DNA of 63,459 nucleotides, the filler included, from Octopus bimaculoides (Eukaryota), in assembly GCF_001194135.2 (NCBI RefSeq). It is 4 parts of 3 records of this genome, joined end to end, with 100 filler letters (N's around TTAATTAATTAA, not from the genome) between each part and the next. Parts side by side here need not be neighbours in the genome. Positions count along the whole stretch, not along the records: positions 1 to 20,627 come from NC_068984.1; 3 more parts are not named here. One strand, given 5' to 3'. Below, piece after piece: positions 1 to 10,959 of this stretch. How positions within the stretch are numbered: position 1 is the stretch's first letter; each line of letters starts with the position of its first letter. A program made the translations under genes and the position numbers. The notes beneath the pieces were generated by a model. That model was not told where the DNA came from and did not search any database. It saw nothing but the letters and a program-made list of their open reading frames with translations.

Positions 1-265
1 CGCCGGGGCGCTCGTCTGCGACCTGCGGACGCCGCGCACCTACCGGCCCGACGGGAACGGGTTGCCCCGGAAATCGAGAGCCGACGAGGCGGCAGACAAC
101 CGCTCGTGGAAACGAGCGGCCGCGACGACGGCGCCTAGGCAGGTGAAGTAGCAACGGACTGATTCCCCTCGTGGTCACGGTGATCGGTCCCACCCATTTA
201 CCCATGGGCGGTTTCACGGTCTCTTGAACTCTCTCTCCAAAGTTCTTTTCAACTTTCCCTCACGG
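1..265 (-). rRNA. 28S rRNA: 28S rRNA gene fragment (conserved core leading into GC-rich D2 expansion segment); isolated fragment, not a full rDNA unit
   Basis: Reverse complement begins CCGTGAGGGAAAGTTGAAAAGAACTTTGGAGAGAGAGTTCAAGAGACCGTGAAACCG, the conserved eukaryotic LSU motif preceding D2. Similarity stops abruptly at 265. Confidence 0.9.
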
Positions 266-329
266 AAAATTCTTAGTGATATTTAGATTTTGTTTGATGA
301 AATGTCGATTCTAGATTATCAGCGGTTTA

Positions 330-430
330 TACAGGGTGGCCCAAAAGTCATTGAGGGGTTTTAATTTTTAATAACTCCCTTATTTTTTACAAATAGGCCT
401 TTAAAATTTTAATTTGACATAGAGGAGATA
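330..430 (+). mobile_element. Solo terminal inverted repeat-like end of a Tc1/mariner-type element
   Basis: TA followed by CAGGGTGGCCCAAAAGTCA at 330-350 resembles Tc1/mariner termini. No partner TIR was found. Confidence 0.4.
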
Positions 431-1099
431 ATGAAGATTAATCTACATGAATCCTGTTAGTACTTTTGCATTAATCCTTTTAGAGAAGGATTGCTTGTTT
501 TTGCTCGTGTTGGGAGATGTGTTCTAACTGTTGATATGCATGTGAATTCGGTTGTGCTGATGATGATGGCGTCTGTGATGGCGGTGGTGACTGTATAAAG
601 ATGATGGTGGTGATAGTACCAGCATACGGTTCCAGCCTTTTGGTGATTTTCTTCCGTGTTCCTTATAATGTTGGGTGTTATGTGTAACCTATTAAGCAAC
701 AATTCTCCTGCTTTTAGTACTTCCATACCAATGGCATCAATATGAAAAACACACACACGAACACACACACACAATCACATACACACGCATACACAAACGC
801 ACACACACAAGCACAAAAGGATAACACCCGAAAAAATATTTTAAAAATCACGAATAACTCAAGGACGGTGAAGTGACGATGCAGAGAAAACACAAGAATA
901 CTAATTGGTGGAGCGAGAGGTAGAATTGTTATTGCCGCCAGAGCTGAAGAAATTAGTATCAACACAAGACAAAGAAATGCAAATATTTCCCAAAATAGAA
1001 GAAATGCAAACATTGAAGAAAACAGTTATCAACGCAAGGTAAAGAATCACCAATGCAATCCAGAATAGAATAAATTCAAGAGTTAAAATAATACAGTTA

Positions 1100-1285
1100 A
1101 CAATAATATTATTTCAAGAGGAAATGTTCTTCGTCATTCATACAGCATAAGAATATTGTTTGCCAATTTTGTAGAGACAAGAATTTCTAATCAGAGAGAT
1201 TTTTAGATGGCAAATTCAACAAGAACTTTCACAAAAATAAAATCATATTGCCTAACCGAAGAGAAGCATTATATAATATCTACGT
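1100..1285 (+). mobile_element. Possible decayed Penelope-like GIY-YIG endonuclease C-terminus
   Basis: Frameshifted fragments FRWQI and YCLTEEKHYII resemble the W-x-I ... C-x-L-C-L-x-E-K-x-x-I tail of Penelope endonucleases. Manual translation only. Confidence 0.3.
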
Positions 1286-1528
1286 AATAAAATGGGCAAC
1301 CGTAGGAAACACAATTACTAACATTTCAAAGGTAATGTTATACTGTATAAATCATTGTATAAATTTTGGCAACAATGATTCATTTCTTTTCTCAATTTTT
1401 CTTTTCAAAATAGTATAAAGTTATAAATCTAGTTTATGGATAACAAGTATGGCTAACAATTCGAGCTGGGAAACAATGTCTTTTTCTACAATAATTTTCT
1501 GATGTACAGCCCTTGATTTTCGACATGA

Positions 1529-1578
<50 letters not shown>

Positions 1579-2196
1579 NNNNNNNNNNNNNNNNNNNNNN
1601 NNNNNNNNNNNNNNNNNNNNNNNNNNNNNNNNNNNNNNNNNNNNNNNNNNNNNNNNNNNNNNNNNNNNNNNNNNNNNNNNNNNNNNNNNNNNNNNNNNNN
1701 NNNNNNNNNNNNNNNNNNNNNNNNNNNNNNNNNNNNNNNNNNNNNNNNNNNNNNNNNNNNNNNNNNNNNNNNNNNNNNNNNNNNNNNNNNNNNNNNNNNN
1801 NNNNNNNNNNNNNNNNNNNNNNNNNNNNNNNNNNNNNNNNNNNNNNNNNNNNNNNNNNNNNNNNNNNNNNNNNNNNNNNNNNNNNNNNNNNNNNNNNNNN
1901 NNNNNNNNNNNNNNNNNNNNNNNNNNNNNNNNNNNNNNNNNNNNNNNNNNNNNNNNNNNNNNNNNNNNNNNNNNNNNNNNNNNNNNNNNNNNNNNNNNNN
2001 NNNNNNNNNNNNNNNNNNNNNNNNNNNNNNNNNNNNNNNNNNNNNNNNNNNNNNNNNNNNNNNNNNNNNNNNNNNNNNNNNNNNNNNNNNNNNNNNNNNN
2101 NNNNNNNNNNNNNNNNNNNNNNNNNNNNNNNNNNNNNNNNNNNNNNNNNNNNNNATATATATATATATAGATATATATATTTAGGCACGGTGAGAG

Positions 2197-2300
2197 CCAC
2201 TGAGGTCGTCTTTGCCTTTCATCCTTTCGGGCTCGATAAATCAAGTACCAGTTGCGTACTGGAATCGATCTAATCGACTGGGTCCCTCCCCACAAATTTC
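2197..2300 (+). mobile_element. SINE family 2 fragment (central domain GCCTTTCATCCTTTCGGGGTCGATAAA; Meta-domain-like)
   Basis: Matches copies at 19051, 19561, 34961, 35200 and 39672. Confidence 0.75.
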
Positions 2301-2416
2301 GGATTATTAGCGATCTGTATTCGAATACCGTTTCGTTCTGAAACATACATGTATATTCAGTTCTACATCATGATATTAGTCACGCAATGCCAAACAGAAA
2401 TATACATATACATATA

Positions 2417-2550
2417 CAGTGGGCTTCTTTCAGTTTCTCCCTACCAAATCTCCTCACAATGGCTGTGTCGGCCCAAATTACTAAACCGTGGGACTGAACC
2501 GGGAACCATGTGATTGGGGGAAAATCTTGTACCACACAATGCACCTGCGA
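2417..2550 (-). mobile_element. SINE family 1 (CORE-type, OR2-like) 5' fragment
   Basis: Decayed reverse complement of the head of the 3780 copy. Confidence 0.7.
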
Positions 2551-3204
2551 CTTATTGAAACCATAAAGAAAGCTCTGATGAAGGCAGTCACATAGGAAGT
2601 TTCTCGAATGTCGTACCTTTCCTGAATTGTCATTACTAATTTACCTTCAGTGACTATGTTGTAAAATTATTACTCTAAATAGTCTCTCCTGTTCAGCTTG
2701 AAAATATAAGAACAAAGATTCAGAACGTAGGTTTCGATATGAGTCCTAGAACTGTTTTCCCCGGCGTATAAATGAGTGAAGTTAGAACGCAGTCTGCTGA
2801 TCACAAAGCCTGGGTTTCGCAGGCGTAACTTCCAAGTTATCCCTTCAACTCATGTATAAACGAATGGACGGGACAAGGGTGAAATGAAGGGTTTTGCTCC
2901 AGAAAATAACTCACTGTTCGGAACACAACTCAAAGTACGATTTTAGAGCCATGAGTGTAACAGGCTAACCACAGCAAACATTTGAGAATCTTTGTGGGAT
3001 GGGGCAAGTTAATTACATCAACTGGTACTTATTTTATCGACCCTCCTCCTNNNNNNNNNNNNNNNNNNNNNNNNNNNNNNNNNNNNNNNNNNNNNNNNNN
3101 NNNNNNNNNNNNNNNNNNNNNNNNNNNNNGGGGAGGAGGGGAGGGAGGAGGAGGAGAAGAAAAAGAAGACGAATAAGAAGAAGAAGAAGAAGAAGAAGAA
3201 GTGC

Positions 3205-3245
<41 letters not shown>

Positions 3246-3600
3246 AAAGAACAAGAACAAGGAAGAGGCGACGACGACGACGACGAAGGAGAAGAAGACT
3301 GTTTCTGCAGCATGCGAATGTGTAAGTAGACAGCCACATTATGCATCACACAAGACACGTGATAATCATCAATGCTGTCATTGCAATATTTGTATACATC
3401 CTGTCGCCATGTTTACTCAATTATTGAATGCTATTCCAGGCTTTCTATTGACATGTTGTAAATAGAATAATTGTATCATTCCATTATTTCGTCATTCCTC
3501 TATCTGCCTCTCATGCATAACTCACACGGAGCACTTATTCATTTACACACAGGACAATATATGTACACATAGCGCCACGTGTTGCCACATGTTTATATAC

Positions 3601-3631
<31 letters not shown>

Positions 3632-3641
3632 TGTATGTATG

Positions 3642-3717
<76 letters not shown>

Positions 3718-3779
3718 TATATTTATATATGTGTGTGTGTGTGAGTGTATGTGTGTATATATATGTATATATATGTATA

Positions 3780-4159
3780 GGCGTAGGAGTGGCTGTGTAG
3801 TAAGTAGCTTGCTTACGAACCACCTGGTTCCGGGTTCAGTCCCGCTGCATGGCCCCTCGGGCAAGTGTCTTCTACTGTAGCCTCGGGACGACCAAAGCCT
3901 TGTGAGTGGATTTCGTAGGCGGAAACTAAAAGAAGCTCGTCGTATATATGTATATATATATGTATGTGCGTGTGTATGTTTGTGTGTCTGTGTTTTTTTC
4001 CCCCCAACATCGCTTGACAACCGATGCTGGTGTGTAGAGGTCCCCGTAACTTAGCGGTTCCGCAAAAAAGACCGATAGAATAAGTACTAGGCTTCCAAAG
4101 AATAAGTCCTGGGTTCGATTTGCTCGACTAAAGACTGGAACAAGTAAAAGAGTAAAAGA

Positions 4160-4160
<1 letters not shown>
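3780..4160 (+). mobile_element. SINE family 1, near full length (tRNA-derived head, CORE-like domain, internal microsatellite, GAGTAAAAGAG tail)
   Basis: A-box TGGCTGTGTAG, B-box GGTTCAGTCCC, CORE-like CCTCGGGCAAGTG and internal (TA)n(TG)n. At least nine homologous copies occur in the window. Confidence 0.85.
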
Positions 4161-4203
<43 letters not shown>

Positions 4204-4223
4204 ACATATGCATGTATACTTAG

Positions 4224-4381
4224 GCGCATGCGTGCTAAGAAGCTTGCTTCCGAAACACTCTCGTTTCAGTCCCACTGCGTGGTACTTTGGGCAAATATCT
4301 TCTACAGTAACCTCTATCCAACCAAAGCACTGTGAGTAGTTTTGTGGATTTCGTCGAGGGAAACTGAAAGAATACCGTCGC

Positions 4382-4385
<4 letters not shown>
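4224..4385 (+). mobile_element. SINE family 1 decayed 5' half, in tandem behind the 3780 copy
   Basis: GTTTCAGTCCCACTGCGTGGTACTTTGGGCAAA...GGAAACTGAAAGAA is homologous to 3835-3930. Confidence 0.75.
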
Positions 4386-4414
<29 letters not shown>

Positions 4415-5111
4415 AGTGTGTGTGTGGAGGCGCAATGGTCCAATGGTTTAATCAATGGGCACTTATTATATTCTAATTTTTATCTTTATTCATTTTATAT
4501 TTGTCCATCAGGCCTTTTGACATTTTTTTGAAATTTTTAGTCGTTATATGTAACTTTTGATAAGCCGTTTTATTTGTATTTTATTAGAATATATATTTTT
4601 ACATTCTGTGATTTTATGTACATATATTATTTTTTTATGTCTTTGTAGACCATGGTGTGTTTTTTTTATATATGATTAAATGTTTGAGGGTTGGTGTGGT
4701 ATGTAAAGTCGTTGACCCAAATTTGACGTTCACGAGAAAGTTAGCATGAAGTGAGACATTGAGCAACAAGGAGATGGAGGTAGACATATCAGTGCAAGAT
4801 ACGAGACAGAAACATTTGGGGGACTAAGAGGAAAAGATATGTGCAGATAGGGAAGACCTTGATGAAGATGATCCCTTTTATGCAGCTTTGTCATTGCAGT
4901 TAGATCTAATGAGTTGCAATCTTCGTAGGGGGTGTGCCTTTTACTTTTTATCTGTTACATGTTTCAGCCATTACACTGTAGCCATACTGGGGCATTACCT
5001 TTGAAGGATTTTTGACAAAAGAAACAACCTCGGTGCAGACACACACACACATACACACACACACACACGCACGCACACACATATATATGCATACACACAC
5101 ACACACTCTCT

Positions 5112-5150
<39 letters not shown>

Positions 5151-5657
5151 TTCGAATTTATAGAAAAACAAAGACGAAAACAGGTTTAGGGAAAAAAATA
5201 GAAGTCTATTAGTTGGACACTCGGAAAAAATGAAAAATGTTTTACGTTTCGAGCCCTACGCTCTTCGACAGAAAGGAATAAGAGGAAATAAATGGAGAGA
5301 GAAAATTAAATAAAAGTGATGAGTTCAGTGGTCCAACATGGCGTATNNNNNNNNNNNNNNNNNNNNNNNNNNNNNNNNNNNNNNNNNNNNNNNNNNNNNN
5401 NNNNNNNNNNNNNNNNNNNNNNNNNNNNNNNNNNNNNNNNNNNNNNNNNNNNNNNNNNNNNNNNNNNNNNNNNNNNNNNNNNNNNNNNNNNNNNNNNNNN
5501 NNNNNNNNNNNNNNNNNNNNNNNNNNNNNNNNNNNNNNNNNNNNNNNNNNNNNNNNNNNNNNNNNNNNNNNNNNNNNNNNNNNNNNNNNNNNNNNNNTAT
5601 ATATATATATATATGCATGTATATATATATATATATATAGATAGATAGATATTTATA

Positions 5658-5788
5658 TGACGGACTTCCTTCTAACAAATCCACTCACAAGGCATTGGTC
5701 GGCCCGAGGTTATAGTAGAAGACTCTTGCCTAAAGTTCAGTCTCACCCTATAGGACTAAACTCGAACTCAAACTTCTTACCACACAGA
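5658..5788 (-). mobile_element. SINE family 1 5' fragment
   Basis: CAAATCCACTCACAAGGCATTGGTCGGCCCGAGGTTATAGTAGAAGAC is the reverse complement of the family consensus. Confidence 0.75.
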
Positions 5789-6212
5789 TGAACAGCAAAG
5801 AAAGGAAATAACATGCTTGAGGTCCACAGTTTAAAGCGTGTCAGAGAGTGAGGTATTGGTAATGAGGGAGATGGTGTTTATAGCACATGGTTGATATGGA
5901 AGAGGATGGGGGATACATCAACGGTTTATGTAGAGCAGCATAGCTATTCTAGTGAAGGCTAGAAAGAAACGCATGAACATACACTGGGATTATGTCATCT
6001 TATAAAAAGCCTCGGATCTTCTAAGCTAGGATTAGGTGGACTTGCAGGCGAACTGTTAAACTAGAAGATTATGTATGTATGTATGTATGGATGGATGGAT
6101 GGATGGATGGATGAATAGATGGTTGGATGTTTGTGTGCATGTATGTACATATATATATATTTATGTAAATTTATATAAGTATACACACAGACGCGCACAC
6201 ACACATTCTGTT

Positions 6213-6495
6213 TATTCTTTTACTCTTTTACTTGTCTCAGTCATTTGACTTCGGCCACGCCTGAGCACCACCTTTAGTGAAACAAATCGACCCTAGGATA
6301 TATTCTTGTCAGCCTAGTACTTATTCTATCGGTCTCTTTTGCCGAACCGCTACTTTACGGATATGTAAACACACCAACATCGGTTATCAAAAGATGGTCG
6401 GGAGACAACCACAGACACACAAGTATATACGTATATACTGTATATATATATATATATATATACGACGGGCTTCTTTCACTTTCCGTCTACCAAAC
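6213..6495 (-). mobile_element. SINE family 1 3' two-thirds
   Basis: Tail CTTTTACTCTTTTACTTG, CCTAGTACTTATTCTATCGGTCTC and internal microsatellite. Confidence 0.8.
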
Positions 6496-6506
6496 ATTGT
6501 ATGTGT

Positions 6507-6564
<58 letters not shown>

Positions 6565-6579
6565 GTGTGTGTGTGTGTA

Positions 6580-7451
6580 CGACGTGGTACCTAAAAGAAA
6601 CCGGAGTTTTGCAATATTATTTCATTCACTTAATTTTACATGTTATAAATTCCTCGCCTTCAAAGTCAATGCATCGGTCCAGGGGCGTTTTCTATTGTTC
6701 GAAGCAATCCTAGAACTCTTGCGAAGTGATACCTTTTAACGCCTCCTTCGTTTCTTCCTTCAACAGTTCCACATCTGCAAATTCTGTAGCACCAGATTTC
6801 ATCACCAGTGATGACATTCGAAAAACGGTCCGGATCAATTTCCAACTGTTCTTTCGGTTCACGACACGCATTCATCCGTGACTACTTTTGATATTCCACG
6901 AGCAAGCGAGGTACTAATTTTGCTGTAACTGTTTGTATTCACAATTGCTCATTCAAAATTCGTTGGCAGGAGCTCCAGGATGCACCATTCATATCAAAAA
7001 GTTCGTCAATTGTCCGGTGACGGCCCTCCAAGAGCAGTTCATGAATTTTTATAATGTTTCCATTCGCTGGGCGTTCGACGGTCACCCTCAACGAAGCTAG
7101 TCTTCAATCGACATGTGACCATTCCTAAAGCGTGAAAACCACTCATGTTTTGCTCATGGCAGCGTCCCTGTAAGCTGTTTGAAGCACGACAACAGTTTCG
7201 GCCGCCGTTTTCCCCAACAGGGAACAAAATTTTACAAAATCAAGCTATACCTTTGTTTCAGCCAAATCCATGAACAGGGGAGAAGCACTGCAAAATAAAC
7301 ACGCACCACGTAGCAGTACGTCTACAACTGAAGATGTCAGTCGGCAGATTGATGCCTGAGGGTCGCACCAAGTAGCTTCTAAGGTCTGAACCCTGAACTA
7401 CAATGGATTTGTCTCATAGAGAACGTTTCCGGTTACTTTTGGGTACCCTCG
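6580..7451 (-). mobile_element. Internally deleted mariner transposon with both TIRs and TA target duplications
   Basis: TA-CGACGTGGTACCTAAAAGAAACCGG at left matches the reverse complement of CCGGTTACTTTTGGGTACCCTCG-TA at right. Minus strand gives HTH remnants (RTIDEL, AKLVPRLL), ITGDEIW and a C-terminal DCFEQ...RCIDFEGE, with the catalytic middle deleted. Confidence 0.85.
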
Positions 7452-7629
7452 TATACACTATATACACACCCATACACGCACACACAAACACACATAGATA
7501 TATACAAACACACACAGAGACACACACACACATATATATCCATACATATGTGTGTAAATCGTTATTGACGAATAAAAATATAAAAATGCAAATCCTCGTG
7601 TATATATATACATACACATACATATATAT

Positions 7630-7666
<37 letters not shown>

Positions 7667-7793
7667 NNNNNNNNNNNNNNNNNNNNNNNNNNNNNNNNNN
7701 NNNNNNNNNNNNNNNNNNNNNNNNNNNNNNNNNNNNNNNNNNNNNNNNNNNNNNNNNNNNNNNNNNNNNNNNNNNNNNNNNNNNNNNNNNNNN

Positions 7794-7836
<43 letters not shown>

Positions 7837-8587
7837 CCTACGTATATTTGTATGCATATCTGCATGCGTGTGTGTGTTGCTTGAATGAATTAACATGATC
7901 GTCAGAAAGACAAGAATAAAACAAATAACAATCTTTCGTTAGGCTAACATCACAAACCTGCCAGGCACAGAACGTGATTCACCCGACCAGTGTAATATAA
8001 AATACATAATTTTAATCTGAAATTACAATGTAAACATGGAAGACGTAAACTTCATAACACAAAATGTTACATCGGATACACAAGTTTAAGACTTTCTCGC
8101 TACACCGTGCATTTACAAGAAGGCACCATTGAATCACATTACAACACAGTATTGGACACAAAACGAAAGCAAAAAAAAAAAAAAAAAANNNNNNNNNNNN
8201 NNNNNNNNNNNNNNNNNNNNNNNNNNNNNNNNNNNNNNNNNNNNNNNNNNNNNNNNNNNNNNNNNNNNNNNNNNNNNNNNNNNNNNNNNNNNNNNNNNNN
8301 NNNNNNNNNNNNNNNNNNNNNNNNNNNNNNNNNNNNNNNNNNNNNNNNNNNNNNNNNNNNNNNNNNNNNNNNNNNNNNNNNNNNNNNNNNNNNNNNNNNN
8401 NNNNNNNNNNNNNNNNNNNNNNNNNNNNNNNNNNNNNNNNNNNNNNNNNNNNNNNNNNNNNAAGAAGAAGAACAAGAAGAAGAACAAGAAGAAGAACAAG
8501 AAGAAGAACAAGAAGAAGAACAAGAAGAAGAAGAACAACAACAACAACAATAATAATAATAATAATAATAAAGATAATAATAATAAT

Positions 8588-9039
8588 ATGACTGTCTCAA
8601 TCGATATAAATGTATCTGTCAAGACCTACCAAAAACAGAGCAAGTATAAAAGATCTTGAAATAGAAATCGGAAAAATGTGGAACTTGAAGACTAAAACAA
8701 TACCTGTTGTCATAGGTACCTTAGGAATGGTAGCAAAAGGGGCTGATTGCTACCTAGCTCTGATACCAGGAAACCCCAAAATGTCAGAAATTCAAAAAAT
8801 AGTGCCCATGGTAACTGCCTATATCCTACGTAAAATACTGTCTATGTGATCTCAAATTTTAAAACAAACACATAATTTTCTTATGGTTTCTTAAACATTC
8901 TCTAGAACAACACTATGTACAGATCCAAATATATGGCACCCTAGGCATAACACCTACATGAACTTCTAACTTGTTGTCTCCTGAGGTCTCTGGGTGAGAC
9001 TTGGATCCAACTTGTACAAATGCAAAGCAAAAGTCAAAC

Positions 9040-9040
<1 letters not shown>
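8588..9040 (+). mobile_element. 5'-truncated non-LTR retrotransposon 3' end, restriction-like endonuclease type (R4/Dong-like), within (TAA)n
   Basis: YK-DLEIEIGKMWNLKTKTIPVVIGTLG...QKIVPMVTAYILRKILSM* is a typical RLE C-terminus. It is followed by a 3' UTR and (TAA)n, and closely matches 21605-21975. Confidence 0.85.
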
Positions 9041-9100
<60 letters not shown>

Positions 9101-9245
9101 GATAATAATAATAATAATAATAATAATAATATTTCAATACAGTAACCATAAGAGCATCACAGCAAACCACAGCACATACCCAAAGCCCACAGAGCTGTGC
9201 TCGGTAGTGAAGTGAAAGCACGTTATAAAAATATAACTACTGAAC

Positions 9246-9323
<78 letters not shown>

Positions 9324-10206
9324 AAGAAGAAGACGGCATCAACCATCTTTTAAGTGAAAGTGGTATAATAGCACAAAAGTGCGCAGATCTGACTGTAAGC
9401 AAAAGAGGTCATTGCGATGTTAGCCGAGTAATTTCTCTTATTCGTCACTACTATACATACTGGTCTACTTTAGCGTGAAGTATCCTCTTGGTATACTCAA
9501 AGAAATACTGGTGCTAACCTATTACTCGTCCGCTTTCTGATAAGCAATCTGATGTGCAACACAATCAGCTTTCCTTCGCTTTTACATTGAGAGTTGCATT
9601 AAACTAATATCTAATGTATATAGCGTATACTTTGCGTGGTTTTGTTGCTACTGTTGTTGTAACTGCCTCCTAAGTTAGTAACTATTTTAGCTATGGTTCA
9701 CATCTCTGATGTTTCAAGAATATATTATCCAAGTGTCGTTCCTTTATTTTCATCAAAAGCTAGTGCGATATGAGGGAGATGGAATTGGTTACTATTTCTA
9801 AAAGGCCTAATAATTACATAACACATCCTTTAATTAATTCGTGTCTTTAATTGTCCCAGTTGACATTTCTTCCTTCTAATAATCCCTTCATATTCTGGTA
9901 TTTAGATTAAGAGATTCTGTTGTCACGTATTTGCATGAGCCTTCCTAAGAATTAAATCCTCGATTGTGAAACTGCGCCCAAAATAACGAGCGTAATGAGT
10001 ATGCGATGAAATGCCTTACTGTTAGAAATACAGTCACTCGGTAAAACCAAAGCTTTTCCTGAAGCAACAGGGCCTATCAAACGAGATAGTGAACGAAAAC
10101 TCAGACTAAATTTTGTTGTTTAAACCCCTTTCAGCTCTGAGTGAATAGAATATATATGAATGGTGATCCAGCACTGATATTCCCATCTGATTTTATTTCA
10201 CGATCT

Positions 10207-10363
10207 AGGAGTGGCTGTGTGGTTAGTAGCTTGATTACCAACCACATGGTCACGGGTTCAGTCCCATTGAGTGACACCTTCTGCAAATGTCTTCTGCTAT
10301 AACTTTGGGCTGACCAAAGCCTTGTGAGTGGATTTGGTAGACGGAAACTGAAAGAAGCCCGTC

Positions 10364-10401
<38 letters not shown>

Positions 10402-10411
10402 NNNNNNNNNN

Positions 10412-10443
<32 letters not shown>

Positions 10444-10658
10444 TTATGTGTGTGTATATGTTTGTGTGTTTGTGTTTGTCCCACAACATCCCTTGACAAC
10501 CAATGTTGGTGCGTTTACGTCCCCGTAAATTAGCGGTTCGGTAAAAGGCACCGATAAAATAAGTACTAAGCTTACAAAAAATAAGTCCTGGGGTCGATTT
10601 GCTCGATTAAAGGCGGTGCTCCAGCATGGCCACATTCCAATTACTGAAACAAATAAAA
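10207..10658 (+). mobile_element. SINE family 1, full length
   Basis: Head, CORE-like domain, internal (TA)n/(TG)n containing a 10-N gap, and 3' GGCGGTGCTCCAGCATGGCC tail. Confidence 0.85.
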
Positions 10659-10959
10659 CAATAGCCTGTGCACGGTGCACTTTTATTTTAATGCAATACC
10701 GTGTGTCATAAAGTATTTGACTGCTGTTAGGGAAGGTTAAATGACTGAGTGGACGCCTGCGGCAAACGTTCTTGTAGGTTACAGATGTTAAGTACGTCCA
10801 ACTATATTTTCGCAAGCCAACTGTATCTTCAGAGATGGTGTCCTGTTACTAGAACGGCCACTTGCCCATGTGCCAGGAACTTAATTCTCAATGATAACGC
10901 CTACCTATCTCAGAAGACTGGACTACTTCCCTAGTGTAAACAATGATACCGTTGTTATA

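Noticed and set aside
457-1013. Two overlapping ~100-aa minus-strand ORFs
   Set aside because: They start in or run through a (CA)n tract and low-complexity sequence. I see no recognisable domain or convincing splice structure.
1421-2346. Long ORFs of 200-430 aa here and at 15746, 23176, 26624 and 47507
   Set aside because: They run through N gaps and dinucleotide repeats and have no coding content.
2575-2615. CTGATGA hammerhead core
   Set aside because: No helix II or GAAA follows.
5246-5269. Hammerhead-like rc GTCGAAGAGCGTAGGGCTCGAAAC (Penelope-end-like)
   Set aside because: The core reads UCGAAGA, helix II would consume core bases, and helix III does not form cleanly.
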